64,000 nucleotides of DNA from Rhodothermales bacterium (GCA_965215165.1 CBDCCX010000006.1:622959-686958); one strand, 5' to 3'. Numbered from the stretch's first letter, positions 1-9,263 are shown. Notes: generated from the letters alone by a model not told the origin. Program-made: numbers and translations.

Positions 1-141
1 CTGGCAAGGAGCCCTGGCAAGGAACAGCCTCGGCCTCACCCTGTTCGAAAACGACGGGCCCTAGACGCAGCGGTGCAGGGAAGTTTTATCTTCCGCCGCC
101 GGTCAGGTGGTGGAGCCGAGAGCAGGTAGGCGAGAGAGCGA

Positions 142-2451
142 ATGGATGAGCAGACCGCGCCGCGTGCGCTGACATCGAGAGACTTCCGCGTGGGCGACTG
201 GCTGGTCGCCCCGAAGGGCAACCGGCTGCGCGGGCCGGAGGGCGTCGTGCGCCTCGAGCCGAAGGTGATGCACGTGCTCGAGTGCCTCGCCGCCGCGCCC
301 GGCCGGACCGTGACCAAGGAGGAGTTCATGGAGCAGGTCTGGGCCGGCACCGTCGTCTCGGACGACGTGCTCGCCCGCTGCATCTCGGAGCTCCGGAAGG
401 TGTTCGGCGACAACCCGCGCCGCCCGACTTACATCGAGACGATCCGCAAGTCCGGCTACCGCCTCCTCGCCCCGGTCTCCGCTGCCGAGGCCCCGCCGCC
501 GGCTCGCCCGCTCCCCGAGCTCCCGTCACCGATCGAGGTGCCCCCCCCGGCCGGGGGCGCGGAGGTCGACGAGGCGGTCATCATCGACGAGATGGAGGCC
601 GACGAGGTCCGCGAGCACGGCGGGGCGAGCGGCGTCCCGGACGAGGAGTTCATGCTGGTCGAGGAGATCGAGCCGGGCTCCGACGGGGCCTCGGTCGCGG
701 TCGTGGCGCGCCCGGTTCGCTCGGCGCGCTCGCGCCGCCGCGAGGCGCTGCGGTGGGGCGTCGGCATCGCGGCCGTGCTCGCCCTCGCCCTCGTGGCGGG
801 CCTGCTCCTGCTCGACGGGGACGACGACGGGCCGCTCAAGACGGTGCCGTTCACGAGCTTCCCCGGCCAGGAGGCCGACCCCGAGCTGTCGCCCGACGGC
901 GCGCAGGTGGCCTTCACCTGGGAGAACGGTGACACCGGCAACATCGACGTCTACGTCAAGCAGGCCGGGGCCGAGACCCCGCTCCAGCTCACCGACGACG
1001 ACGCCCGCGAGTCCAGCCCCACCTGGAGCCCCGACGGGCAGAACATCGCGTTCGTCCGCAGCACCGAGGCGGGCGGGCGCGAGGTCACCATCGTCCCGGC
1101 CATCGGCGGCGGCGAGCGGGTCGTCGCGCAGTTCGAAGACCGCGAGGTGTCGAGCCTCGTGTGGTCGCCCGACGGCACGACGATCGCGCTCTCGGCGCAG
1201 GCCGAGACCACGGGCGCGTTCAGCCTCTTCCTGCTCTCGGTCGAGACCCTCGAGATGCGCCGGCTGACCGAGCCGGCGGCCGCCGAGTGGGGCGACGCCG
1301 AGCCGGCCTTCTCGCCCGACGGCGCGCGCCTCGCCTTCGTCCGCCGGGCCGGCGAGAGCGACGAGGACCTGTTCGTCGTCCCGACGCGCGGCGGCGAGCC
1401 CGAGCGGCTGACCGCCGACGAGCGGGAGATCGCCGGGCTGGACTGGACCCCGGACGGGCAGAGCATCGTCTTCGCCTCGAGCCGGGCCGAGGGCGCGGGC
1501 CTGTGGCGTATCGCGGCGAGCGGCGGCACGCCGGAGCGGATCGCGACGGCCGGCGAGGGCGAGAGCGTCCGGCAGCCGTCGCTGGCGCGGCGCGGCCGGC
1601 GGCTGACCTACGAGCAGCGGTCGTCCGACGCCAACATCTGGGCCATCCGGCAGGGCCGCTTCGGCCGCCTCCCGCTGATCCACTCGACGCGCTGGGAGTC
1701 GAACCCGCAGTTCTCGCCGAACGACGAGCAGATCGCCTTCGCCTCGGACCGCTCCGGCAACCCCGAGGTCTGGCTCGTCGATGCCGACGGCGAGAACCCG
1801 GTTCAGCTCACCGCCTTCGCCGGCCCGCCCGTGGCGCTCCCGCGCTGGGCACCCGACGGCCGCCGCCTCGCCTTCGACGCCCGGATCGACGGCAACACCG
1901 ACATCTACGTCGTCGACGTCGGCGGTGGGCAGCCGCGCCGCCTCACCGAGAACCCGGCCTCGGACGTGGCTCCGAGCTGGAGCACCGACTCGACGACGGT
2001 CTACTTCTCCTCCGACCGCAGCGGCACCTGGGAGGTCTGGCGCGTCAACGCCGAGGGCGGCCGCGCCAGCCGCGTCACTTACGCCGGCGGCTACAACGCC
2101 TTCGAGTCGCCCGACGGCGAGGCCCTGTACTACGCCAAAAAGGGTGAGCCGGGCCTGTGGCGGCACGGCGTCAACGACGAGGAGGAGACCCTCGTCCTCG
2201 GTGCCCTCGAACCCTTCGACTGGGGCAACTGGGCCGTCACCAACGACGGCATCTACTTCATCCGCCGCGAGACCACTGGCCCGACGATCCGGTTCTACAG
2301 CTTCGACTCCGGCTGGTCCAGCCCCATCGCCACGCTCGACGACGTCCCCGAGCAGCCGAGCCTCGCCGTCTCGGCCGACGGCCGCACGCTCCTCTACACC
2401 CACGTCGACCGCAACGAGAGCGACATCCTCCTCGTCGAGGATTTCCAGTGA
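142..2451 (+). CDS. Membrane-anchored winged-helix (OmpR/CadC-type) regulator fused to a TolB-like beta-propeller (PD40 repeats)
   Basis: 769-aa ORF. The N-terminus (FRVGDWLVAP...LEPKVMHVLECLAAAPGRTVTKEEFMEQVWAG...YIETIRKSGYRL) fits the trans_reg_C/CadC DNA-binding pattern. It is followed by an acidic/Pro-rich linker and one hydrophobic span (WGVGIAAVLALALVAGLLLL). After that come many SPDG..IAF / SPDG..LAF type blades, as in TolB/PD40 propellers. Confidence 0.8.
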   Translation: MDEQTAPRALTSRDFRVGDWLVAPKGNRLRGPEGVVRLEPKVMHVLECLAAAPGRTVTKEEFMEQVWAGTVVSDDVLARCISELRKVFGDNPRRPTYIETIRKSGYRLLAPVSAAEAPPPARPLPELPSPIEVPPPAGGAEVDEAVIIDEMEADEVREHGGASGVPDEEFMLVEEIEPGSDGASVAVVARPVRSARSRRREALRWGVGIAAVLALALVAGLLLLDGDDDGPLKTVPFTSFPGQEADPELSPDGAQVAFTWENGDTGNIDVYVKQAGAETPLQLTDDDARESSPTWSPDGQNIAFVRSTEAGGREVTIVPAIGGGERVVAQFEDREVSSLVWSPDGTTIALSAQAETTGAFSLFLLSVETLEMRRLTEPAAAEWGDAEPAFSPDGARLAFVRRAGESDEDLFVVPTRGGEPERLTADEREIAGLDWTPDGQSIVFASSRAEGAGLWRIAASGGTPERIATAGEGESVRQPSLARRGRRLTYEQRSSDANIWAIRQGRFGRLPLIHSTRWESNPQFSPNDEQIAFASDRSGNPEVWLVDADGENPVQLTAFAGPPVALPRWAPDGRRLAFDARIDGNTDIYVVDVGGGQPRRLTENPASDVAPSWSTDSTTVYFSSDRSGTWEVWRVNAEGGRASRVTYAGGYNAFESPDGEALYYAKKGEPGLWRHGVNDEEETLVLGALEPFDWGNWAVTNDGIYFIRRETTGPTIRFYSFDSGWSSPIATLDDVPEQPSLAVSADGRTLLYTHVDRNESDILLVEDFQ

Positions 2452-3491
2452 GCGGAGTCGCCCCGAACGGGCAGGCGGAGAACGGGCAGGCCGATGCGCT
2501 GACCGACCGCTTCGGCCGGCGGCACACCTACCTCCGGCTTTCGCTCACCGAGCGCTGCAACCTCCGCTGCCGGTACTGCATGCCGGCCGGCGGCGTGCCC
2601 CTCACCCCGCGCGACCATCTCCTCACGACCCCGGAGATCGTTCGCCTCGCGGGCCTCTTCGTCGAGGCCGGCGTAGACAAGATCAGGCTCACCGGTGGCG
2701 AGCCCCTCGTCCGCAAAGACGCAGAGGACATCGCCGAGGCGCTCGGCGCGCTGCCCGGCCTTGGCACGCTCGCGCTCACCACGAACGGCCTCCTGCTGGC
2801 GCGCAAGCTCGACCGGCTCCACCGCGCCGGGCTGACGCACCTCAACCTCTCGCTCGACACGCTCCGGCCGGACCGCTTCGCCGCCCTCACCCGGAGGCCG
2901 AAGCTGGACGAGGTGCTCGCCGCGCTCGACCTCGCGCTCGACTACGGCTACGCGGGCGAGCGGCTCAAGCTCAACGCCGTCGTCATGCGGAACGTCAACG
3001 ACGACGAGGTGGCGGACTTCGCCGCGCTCGCCGAGCGGCTCCCCCTCGAGGTCCGGTTCATCGAGTACATGCCCTTCGGCGGCAACGGCTGGGCGAGCGA
3101 CACGCTCGTGCCCTACGCCGAGATGCTCGAGCGCGTGCGCGAGCGCTTCCCGGTCGAGCGGCTCGGCGATGGCCCGCACGAGACGGCGCGGACCTACGCC
3201 GCTCCGGGGTGGCCCGGCCGCGTCGGGTTCGTCGCCTCGATGACCGCGCCGTTCTGCGCCGGCTGCAACCGCCTCCGGCTGACGGCCGACGGCGCGCTCA
3301 AGGTCTGCCTCTTCGGCCGCGCCGAGGTCTCGCTCCGCGACGGCCTCCGCAGAGGCGCGAGCGACACCGCTCTCCTCGCCCTCATCAGGGCGGCGGTGCA
3401 GCAGAAGAAGGCCGCGCACGACGGCATCGAAGAGATCGCTGACGCCGCCCGCCGTGCCGAGAACCGCCCCATGATTCTGATCGGAGGGTAG
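2448..3491 (+). CDS. moaA: GTP 3',8-cyclase MoaA (radical SAM, molybdenum cofactor biosynthesis)
   Basis: In-frame GTG at 2448 within ORF 2157..3491, overlapping the TGA of the upstream gene (GTGA). Motifs seen: LTDRFGRRHTYLRLSLTERCNLRCRYCMP (CxxxCxxC), GGEPL, and the C-terminal FCAGCNRLRLTADG cluster motif. The ORF upstream of 2448 is Arg/Pro-rich and overlaps the real upstream CDS. Confidence 0.9.
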   Translation: MSGVAPNGQAENGQADALTDRFGRRHTYLRLSLTERCNLRCRYCMPAGGVPLTPRDHLLTTPEIVRLAGLFVEAGVDKIRLTGGEPLVRKDAEDIAEALGALPGLGTLALTTNGLLLARKLDRLHRAGLTHLNLSLDTLRPDRFAALTRRPKLDEVLAALDLALDYGYAGERLKLNAVVMRNVNDDEVADFAALAERLPLEVRFIEYMPFGGNGWASDTLVPYAEMLERVRERFPVERLGDGPHETARTYAAPGWPGRVGFVASMTAPFCAGCNRLRLTADGALKVCLFGRAEVSLRDGLRRGASDTALLALIRAAVQQKKAAHDGIEEIADAARRAENRPMILIGG

Positions 3492-3735
3492 GTCGTTTCG
3501 CCGAAGAGTATGACCGCCAGCGCTCGGCGGCCCGCCATTTGCGGCGCACCGATTCCGGCGCAACGAGGATGAGCCAGAGGTGGACGGCGAACGCGTTGCG
3601 CGCGCTGCCCGCCGTCGCTAGCTTCCGCGCCCGCACCCGGCGTGGCGCGCCCGATCTCACACAAGCGAGCCCTTGCCAAAACGCTCCGCTTGTGTTCCTC
3701 AGCATTCCCTCCCACCACCGATAGCCCTCGCCCCG

Positions 3736-4245
3736 ATGACCGACAGCCCCACGGCCCAGGCCGACGCCCTCGCCCTCAGCCACACCGACGACGACGGCCG
3801 CGCCCGCATGGTCGACGTCAGCGCCAAGCCGGACTCGGCGCGGACGGCCGTGGCCCAGGGCCGCGTGCTCCTCGGCGAGGAGGCCTTCCGCCTCGTCGAG
3901 CAGAACCGCATCCGCAAGGGCGACGTGCTCTCGGTCGCCCAGGTCGCCGGCATCCTCGGGGCCAAGCAGACCAGCCGCCTCGTCCCGCTCTGCCACGACG
4001 TGCTCCTCGAGGGCGTCGACCTCGACCTCGAGCTGAACGAGGGAGCCTTCGCCATCGACCTCCGCGCCTTCGTCAAGACGACCGGCCCGACGGGCGTCGA
4101 GATGGAGGCCCTCACCGCTGTCTCCATCGCCGCCCTCACGATCTACGACATGTGCAAGTCGGTGTCCAAGGGGATAGCCGTCACCGACATCCAGCTCCTC
4201 GCCAAAACCGGCGGCCAGAGCGGCGACTACCGGCGCAGCAACTAG
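3736..4245 (+). CDS. moaC: Cyclic pyranopterin monophosphate synthase MoaC
   Basis: ATG at 3736 inside ORF 3673..4245. Motifs seen: MVDVSAKPDS, IRKGDVLSVAQVAGILGAKQTSRLVPLCH, and TTGPTGVEMEALTAVSIAALTIYDMCKSV. These are typical of MoaC. Confidence 0.9.
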   Translation: MTDSPTAQADALALSHTDDDGRARMVDVSAKPDSARTAVAQGRVLLGEEAFRLVEQNRIRKGDVLSVAQVAGILGAKQTSRLVPLCHDVLLEGVDLDLELNEGAFAIDLRAFVKTTGPTGVEMEALTAVSIAALTIYDMCKSVSKGIAVTDIQLLAKTGGQSGDYRRSN

Positions 4246-4326
4246 CAGGTGGGCGAGTCGGATTGGTGCGTTTGAAACCTATGGCGTGTGGTGCGTACCC
4301 TTACGCCTCACCCGAACCCCGCTCGC

Positions 4327-5313
4327 ATGGATGCCCTGTTCGCCACCGGGGGCGTGCTGATCATTCTGTTGGTCGTCGCGTTCCTGATCGTTTTTCTCTA
4401 CTTCATCCCGCTCGGTCTCTGGATCTCGGCGATCACCGCCGGCGTCCGCGTTAAGCTGACCGAGCTGATCGGGATGCGGCTGCGCAAGGTGCCACCGTCG
4501 GCCATCATCACGCCGCTCATCACCGCCCGCAAGGCCGGCATCGACGTGACCGCGAGCCAGCTCGAGACCCACTACCTCGCGCAGGGGAACGTCCGCAACA
4601 CGGTCCAGGCGCTGATCTCGGCGGACAAGGCCAACATCATGCTCCCGTTCCAGCAGGCCACGGCCATCGACCTCGCCGGGCGCGACGTGTTCGAGGCCGT
4701 CCAGGTCTCGGTCAACCCGAAGGTCATCGAGACGCCGCCGATCTCGGCCATCGCCAAGGACGGCATCCAGGTCCGCGCGATCGCGCGCGTCACGGTCCGC
4801 GCCAACATCAACCAGCTCGTCGGCGGGGCGGGCGAGGAGACCATCATCGCGCGCGTCGGCGAGGGCATCGTCTCGACCATCGGTTCGTCGGCGACGCACC
4901 TGATGGTGCTCGAGAACCCGGACAACATCTCGAAGACGGTGCTCGCCAAGGGCCTCGACAGCGGGACAGCGTTCGAGATCCTGTCGATCGACATCGCGGA
5001 CGTGGACGTGGGCGAGAACATCGGGGCGAAGCTCCAGACCGACCAGGCCGAGGCGGACTTGCAGGTGGCGCGAGCGAAGGCGGAGGAGCGCCGCGCCGCA
5101 GCCGTCGCCGCCGAGCAGGAGCAGCGCGCGGCCGTGCAGGAGCAGCGCGCCCGGCTCGTCGCCGCCGAGGCCGAGATCCCCCAAGCCATCGCCGACGCCT
5201 TCCGCCAGGGCAACCTCGGGGTGATGGACTACTACAACCTCCGCAACCTCGAGGCCGACACCCACATGCGCCGCTCCATCGGCGGCGACGAGGACCCGGC
5301 TGCCGGCACCTGA
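4327..5313 (+). CDS. floA: Flotillin-like protein FloA (UPF0365/YqfA family, SPFH domain)
   Basis: ATG at 4327 ([35 protein letters not shown] = N-terminal membrane hairpin). The product is colinear with the FloA family: [69 protein letters not shown]. The C-terminus is an Ala/Glu-rich coiled coil. Confidence 0.88.
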   Translation: MDALFATGGVLIILLVVAFLIVFLYFIPLGLWISAITAGVRVKLTELIGMRLRKVPPSAIITPLITARKAGIDVTASQLETHYLAQGNVRNTVQALISADKANIMLPFQQATAIDLAGRDVFEAVQVSVNPKVIETPPISAIAKDGIQVRAIARVTVRANINQLVGGAGEETIIARVGEGIVSTIGSSATHLMVLENPDNISKTVLAKGLDSGTAFEILSIDIADVDVGENIGAKLQTDQAEADLQVARAKAEERRAAAVAAEQEQRAAVQEQRARLVAAEAEIPQAIADAFRQGNLGVMDYYNLRNLEADTHMRRSIGGDEDPAAGT

Positions 5314-5337
5314 CCTAAGCTGTGCCTCGCGCTGTAT

Positions 5338-5357
5338 GGGCGACCGGCCGGTCGCCC
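5338..5357 (+). terminator. Perfect 20-nt palindrome GGGCGACCGG|CCGGTCGCCC (REP-like hairpin) 25 nt after the floA stop, followed by CTTTTTC
   Basis: Read directly from the sequence. A T-run lies at 5366-5370. The same arms recur at 5908, 5954 and 9826. Confidence 0.55.
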
Positions 5358-5371
5358 CTATGCCTTTTTCT

Positions 5372-5908
5372 ATGGATACTGCTGCTGCTCGCGTCACCGC
5401 CTTTGCCTCGCTCGGCATCTTGAGCGCCACGCAGGACCTCGTCCGCAGCGTCCTCCCCTCGCTCACCGACGCGGCCAATCCGGAGCTCGTCGCGGAGGAG
5501 ACCCTGGCGTTCGTGGCGACGGTGACGACGCGGGCCGCAGAGGTCGGGTTGCGAAGCGCGGCGCTTGCCGAGGCGGCGTGCCCGGCCCTGCTCGAGACGC
5601 CGTTTCTCTACCACGACTATCTGCTCGGCGGCCAGCTCATCGCCGAGCAGGCCGAGGGCGATGTCGCCGTGGACGAGGCCGTCTACGAGCGCCTCGGGCG
5701 GAAGATGGAGTTCTACGGCGTCCACTTTCCTGTCGGTCAGTTTCCCGGTCCGCGCGCCCTGCAGGACAAGCTGCCGCTCTGGATGGGCCGCATCTCGCCG
5801 CCGAAGCTCGCGACGATGCCCGGCCAGCGGCTCGGGGACACCGGGCCGCTGCTGACGACCCACCTCCGCCTCGTGCTCGCCTTCGCCCAACGGGTCGCCG
5901 GGGAGTAA
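5372..5908 (+). CDS. Hypothetical protein
   Basis: ORF 5336..5908. Its first 8 codons (MGDRPVAP) are simply the translation of the palindrome at 5338-5357, so I place the start at ATG 5372. ATG 5360 is also possible. Third codon positions are GC-rich throughout. No domain recognised. Confidence 0.5.
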   Translation: MDTAAARVTAFASLGILSATQDLVRSVLPSLTDAANPELVAEETLAFVATVTTRAAEVGLRSAALAEAACPALLETPFLYHDYLLGGQLIAEQAEGDVAVDEAVYERLGRKMEFYGVHFPVGQFPGPRALQDKLPLWMGRISPPKLATMPGQRLGDTGPLLTTHLRLVLAFAQRVAGE

Positions 5909-5930
5909 GGGCGACCCTTGTGGTCGCCCT
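5908..5930 (+). terminator. Hairpin AGGGCGACC-cttgt-GGTCGCCCT overlapping the TAA stop of the upstream CDS
   Basis: 9-bp arms at 5908-5916 and 5922-5930, read directly. Same arm sequence as 5338, 5954 and 9826. Confidence 0.55.
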
Positions 5931-5953
5931 GATTGGGAATGCCGCCACGTCTC

Positions 5954-5974
5954 GGGCGACTACGAGGGTCGCCC
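5954..5974 (-). terminator. Hairpin GGGCGAC-tacgagg-GTCGCCC, 18 nt downstream of the CNNM gene stop (5992)
   Basis: 7-bp arms at 5954-5960 and 5968-5974. It lies between two convergent genes. Confidence 0.5.
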
Positions 5975-5991
5975 CTACGTTCGCCCACCGA

Positions 5992-7281
5992 TCAGGTCCC
6001 GCCGGACTCCAGCCGCCCCGGCGTTTCGCGCGCGATCCGCACCGTCTCTATCCGGTTCGCCGACGCCTTGAGGATGGTGACGCGGTACCCGTCGAGGTCG
6101 AACTCGTCGCGCTCCTTCGGGATCGACGAGAGGCGGTCGAGCACCAGGCCGCCGACGGTCTCGTAGTCGCCCTCGGGGAGGGTCAGGTCGTAGTCCGCGT
6201 TGAGCGCCTGCACCTCGGCGCGGCCGCTGACGAGGAACGCGTGCTCGCCGATGCGGCGGACGGTCTCCTCCTCGGCGTCGAACTCGTCGCGGATGTCGCC
6301 GAACAGCTCCTCGAGGAGGTCCTCGACGGTGATCAGCCCGGCCGTACCGCCGTACTCGTCGATCACGATCGCCATCGCGTTGCCGGTCTCGAAGAACTCG
6401 TAGAGCAGGGCCTTGGCCGACTTCGCCTCGGGCACGAAGGCGACCTCGCGGACGATGTCGGCCAGCGACGCCGGCTCCTGGAAGAGGTCGTGCGCGACGA
6501 CCACGCCGACGACGTGGTCGACGTTTTCCCGGTAGACCGGGAGGCGCGAGAAGCCCGTCTCGACGAAGCGGGCGCGGGCCTCGGCGAGCGTCGCGCCCTC
6601 CTCGATGCCTTCGAGGTCGGTGCGCGGCACCATCGAGTCCTTGACCCGGAGGTTCCGCAGCTCGAAGACGTTCGAGAGGATCTCGCTCTCCTCCTCGTCG
6701 AGGTCGAGCGTGCCGCTCTCGCGGCTCTCGCGGACGATGGCCTCGTAGTCGCTGCGGAGGAACTGCTGGAAGCTCTGCGCCTCGATGCCGGTGAGGCGGA
6801 CGAGCAGCGAACTCGTCCACCCGGCGACCTTGATGACCGGCAGGAAGAGGTAGTACGTCAGCTTGAGCGGGAGCGCGCAGATGAACACCACCTGGTCGGC
6901 CGGCTCCCTGAAGAGCGACTTCGGGATGATCTCGCCGAAGATCAGCACGACCGTCGAGGCGATGATGGTCTGGAGCACGAGCACCAAGCCTTCGACGGCG
7001 GCGTCCGGCCCGAGCAGGCCGTGGGAGAACGCGCGCAGCGGGCCGTCGAGCGTGAGCGTCATCAGCGCCGAGTAGAGCACGAGCGCGATGTTGTTGCCGA
7101 CGAGGGTGGTCGTCAGAAACTTGGCCGGCTCGCGGATGAACTCGCGCACGAGCCCGCCGACGAAGCCCTCGCGGTGGGCGCGCACCTCGGCCTTGAGCCG
7201 GTTGGCGGTCACGAACGCGATCTCCGAGCCGGAGAAGAACGCGCTCAGGACCAGCATCAGGGCGATCAGGGCGAAGGCCAT
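5992..7281 (-). CDS. CNNM/hemolysin-family protein (DUF21 TM domain + CBS pair + CorC_HlyC), CorB/GldE-like
   Basis: ATG at 7281 (MAFALIALMLVLSAFFSGSEIAF = DUF21 start). CBS region: VKDSMVPRTDLEGIEEGATLAEARARFVETGFSRLPVYRENVDHVVGVVVAHDL. C-terminal region: YDLTLPEGDYETVGGLVLDRLSSIPKERDEFDLDGYRVTILKASANRIETVRI. Confidence 0.85.
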   Translation of the reverse strand: MAFALIALMLVLSAFFSGSEIAFVTANRLKAEVRAHREGFVGGLVREFIREPAKFLTTTLVGNNIALVLYSALMTLTLDGPLRAFSHGLLGPDAAVEGLVLVLQTIIASTVVLIFGEIIPKSLFREPADQVVFICALPLKLTYYLFLPVIKVAGWTSSLLVRLTGIEAQSFQQFLRSDYEAIVRESRESGTLDLDEEESEILSNVFELRNLRVKDSMVPRTDLEGIEEGATLAEARARFVETGFSRLPVYRENVDHVVGVVVAHDLFQEPASLADIVREVAFVPEAKSAKALLYEFFETGNAMAIVIDEYGGTAGLITVEDLLEELFGDIRDEFDAEEETVRRIGEHAFLVSGRAEVQALNADYDLTLPEGDYETVGGLVLDRLSSIPKERDEFDLDGYRVTILKASANRIETVRIARETPGRLESGGT

Positions 7282-7391
7282 CGGGGGATCGAGAGATCGG
7301 AGGATCGAGGGGGTAGGGAAGTCAGGCGAGGCGGTGGGTGCAACCTTCAACCCCCCGATCCCTCAATCCTCAACTCCCCCGATGGACCGCG

Positions 7392-8183
7392 TCAGCGGCC
7401 CGAAAACTCCGGGGTTTGCTTGTTGAGGAACGCGTGGACGCCCTCCTGGAAGTCCTCGGTGCCGCACGCCTGGCCGAAGAGCGCAGCCTCTAGCTGCAGG
7501 CCCTGCGCCTGGGGGAGGTCCACCGAGCGGATCGCGCTCAGCGCCATCGCCACGGCGAGCGGAGCCTTCGAGGCGATTCGGGCGACGAGCTCCTTTGCGC
7601 GGCCGAGGAGCTCGGCCGGGGCGACGACGTGGTTGACCAAGCCGATCTCGCCGGCGCGCACGGCCGTGATCCGGTCGCCGGTCAGGATCATCTCGGTCGC
7701 CAGGCCCTGCCCGACGAGGCGGGGGAGGCGCTGCGTGCCGCCGTAGCCGGGGATCAGCCCGAGGCCGACTTCGGGCAGCCCGAACTGGGCGGTGTCGCTC
7801 GCGACCCGGAGGTGGCAGGCGAGGGCGAGCTCGCAGCCGCCGCCGAGCGCGAATCCGTTGACCGCCGCCACGATGGGCTTCGGCAGGCCCTCGATCGCGC
7901 TCATCACCGACTGCCCGCGCAGGGCGAACCGGTGGCCCTCGAGGGCGTCGAGCTCGGTGAACTGCGCGATGTCAGCCCCGGCGGCGAAGGCCTTCTCGCC
8001 GCTGCCGGTGAGCACGACCCCACGCACGGCCGCATCCGCGCGGGCCTGGCGGACGGCGCGGCTCAGATCGCTGAGCACCTGGGTGTTGATCGCGTTGAGC
8101 TTGTCGGGCCGGTTGAGCGTGACCGTGGCGATGCCGTCGGCGTCGATGTCGTAGAGGAGCGTGTCAAAGGCGGGGGATTCCAT
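7392..8183 (-). CDS. Enoyl-CoA hydratase/isomerase (crotonase family)
   Basis: 263 aa. Motifs seen: ATVTLNRPDKLNAIN, GSGEKAFAAGADI, AAVNGFALGGGCELALACH, and GLPEVGLGLIPGYGGTQRL. Confidence 0.9.
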   Translation of the reverse strand: MESPAFDTLLYDIDADGIATVTLNRPDKLNAINTQVLSDLSRAVRQARADAAVRGVVLTGSGEKAFAAGADIAQFTELDALEGHRFALRGQSVMSAIEGLPKPIVAAVNGFALGGGCELALACHLRVASDTAQFGLPEVGLGLIPGYGGTQRLPRLVGQGLATEMILTGDRITAVRAGEIGLVNHVVAPAELLGRAKELVARIASKAPLAVAMALSAIRSVDLPQAQGLQLEAALFGQACGTEDFQEGVHAFLNKQTPEFSGR

Positions 8184-8219
8184 GCAGGGAAGAGAAGTGG
8201 GGGAAGGGCCGGCGAAGAG

Positions 8220-8267
8220 AAACGGATAGAGCGAGCCAAACGGATAGATCGAGTCAAACGGAAGGTC
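8220..8267. repeat. 18-bp direct repeat, about 2.7 copies (AAACGGATAGAGCGAGCC / AAACGGATAGATCGAGTC / AAACGGAAGGTC)
   Basis: Read directly. Units lie at 8220-8237, 8238-8255 and 8256-8267 (partial). The array lies between the hairpin at 8264-8284 and the enoyl-CoA hydratase start (8183). Confidence 0.7.
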
Positions 8268-8284
8268 ACACCGGCGGTGTGACC
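8264..8284 (-). terminator. Hairpin GGTCACACC-ggc-GGTGTGACC, 39 nt downstream of the last gene of the pspA cluster
   Basis: 9-bp perfect arms at 8264-8272 and 8276-8284. No clear U-tract. Confidence 0.45.
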
Positions 8285-8322
8285 GTACAGCGTTGCGGCA
8301 GGCCGGAGATGGGCCGCGCCCG

Positions 8323-9174
8323 TCAGCCGCGCAGGCGGTCGCGTGAGGCGGTGCCGGTGGTGGTCGGGTCCTCGAACGTGTCGAGATCGTCGAGCAGGTC
8401 GGTCGGCGGGGCGAAGATCTCCTCGATCTCCTCGATGGAGGCCTGCGTCTCCTCGACCTCGGAAATGAGGGTGTCGAGCTGGAACGAGATCTCCTCGGGG
8501 TTGCGCATCGTGAGCGACTGCTCGTGGATGTACTTCGTCACGTCCTCGATGGTCTCGAGCTGCGCCTCGATGACGGCGAGGTTCTCGTGCGCCTTCTTGA
8601 ACTTGGTGAGCCGCTTCTCGAGGATGTCGAGCCGCTTCTGCTTGATGGTCTGGACCTTCGGCGGGTCGTCGGCCATCTCGAGCCGGAGCCGGGCCATCGC
8701 GGTGACGACCTCGTCCTGGGTGGCCTGCTGGGCGAAGCGCTCGTAGCGCTCCTTCTGCTGGAGCAGGGTCAGGTACGAGTCGAGCAGGGCGTCGATCTTG
8801 CCGAGGTGGGACTCGAGCAGGCCCTGCGAGGCGTAGGACATCCGCTCGTAGTTCTCGCGTACCGCCTTCTCGATGTTGCGGAAGCGGATGTAGCGCTTCT
8901 GGCTGGACTTGGAGAGCTGGCGGAAGACCTCCTTCTCGGTCGGCGGCTTGGCGCGCTCGGCCATCTTGCGCGAGCGGACGACGCGGCGAAAGCCCTCCTG
9001 CCGAGGCATCATCCCGAGGTAGAGCAGCTCGAGGGCGGCGGCGAAGAGCAGGACGAAGTTGGCCGCGCCGGTCCCGGTGAGCACGAACGCCGTCACCATC
9101 GCCATGATGAGGAACACGAGGTTCCACGGGCTGAGGAAGGCCTCCTTCGTGTAGTTGATCGACTCGTTCGGCAT
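8323..9174 (-). CDS. Two-TM coiled-coil membrane protein, unknown family (third gene of the pspA cluster)
   Basis: 283 aa. Two adjacent hydrophobic spans (WNLVFLIMAMVTAFVL, FVLLFAAALELLYLGMM) are followed by about 200 aa of Glu/Lys/Leu/Gln-rich heptad-like sequence and an acidic tail. Confidence 0.6.
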   Translation of the reverse strand: MPNESINYTKEAFLSPWNLVFLIMAMVTAFVLTGTGAANFVLLFAAALELLYLGMMPRQEGFRRVVRSRKMAERAKPPTEKEVFRQLSKSSQKRYIRFRNIEKAVRENYERMSYASQGLLESHLGKIDALLDSYLTLLQQKERYERFAQQATQDEVVTAMARLRLEMADDPPKVQTIKQKRLDILEKRLTKFKKAHENLAVIEAQLETIEDVTKYIHEQSLTMRNPEEISFQLDTLISEVEETQASIEEIEEIFAPPTDLLDDLDTFEDPTTTGTASRDRLRG

Positions 9175-9263
9175 AGGCTATTGGTCGATTGGCTGATTCG
9201 CTGACTGGGTGATTGGGGGCATCGCAATCACCCAATCGGCGAATCGCCCAATCACGCAATGTG

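Noticed and set aside
1-141. The direct repeat CTGGCAAGGA at 1-10 and 15-24 at the window edge
   Set aside because: It is short, lies at the truncated edge, and has no context to interpret. It may be chance.
526-2403. Long antisense or off-frame ORFs over real genes (e.g. 526..2403 -, 5578..7746 +, 44387..46159 -, 57798..60812 -, 14452..16728 -, 25324..28065 -)
   Set aside because: Each overlaps a CDS with strong family motifs on the other strand or in another frame. Each encodes Arg/Pro/Gly/Ala-rich sequence without motifs. Stop-codon scarcity in GC-rich DNA explains these ORFs.
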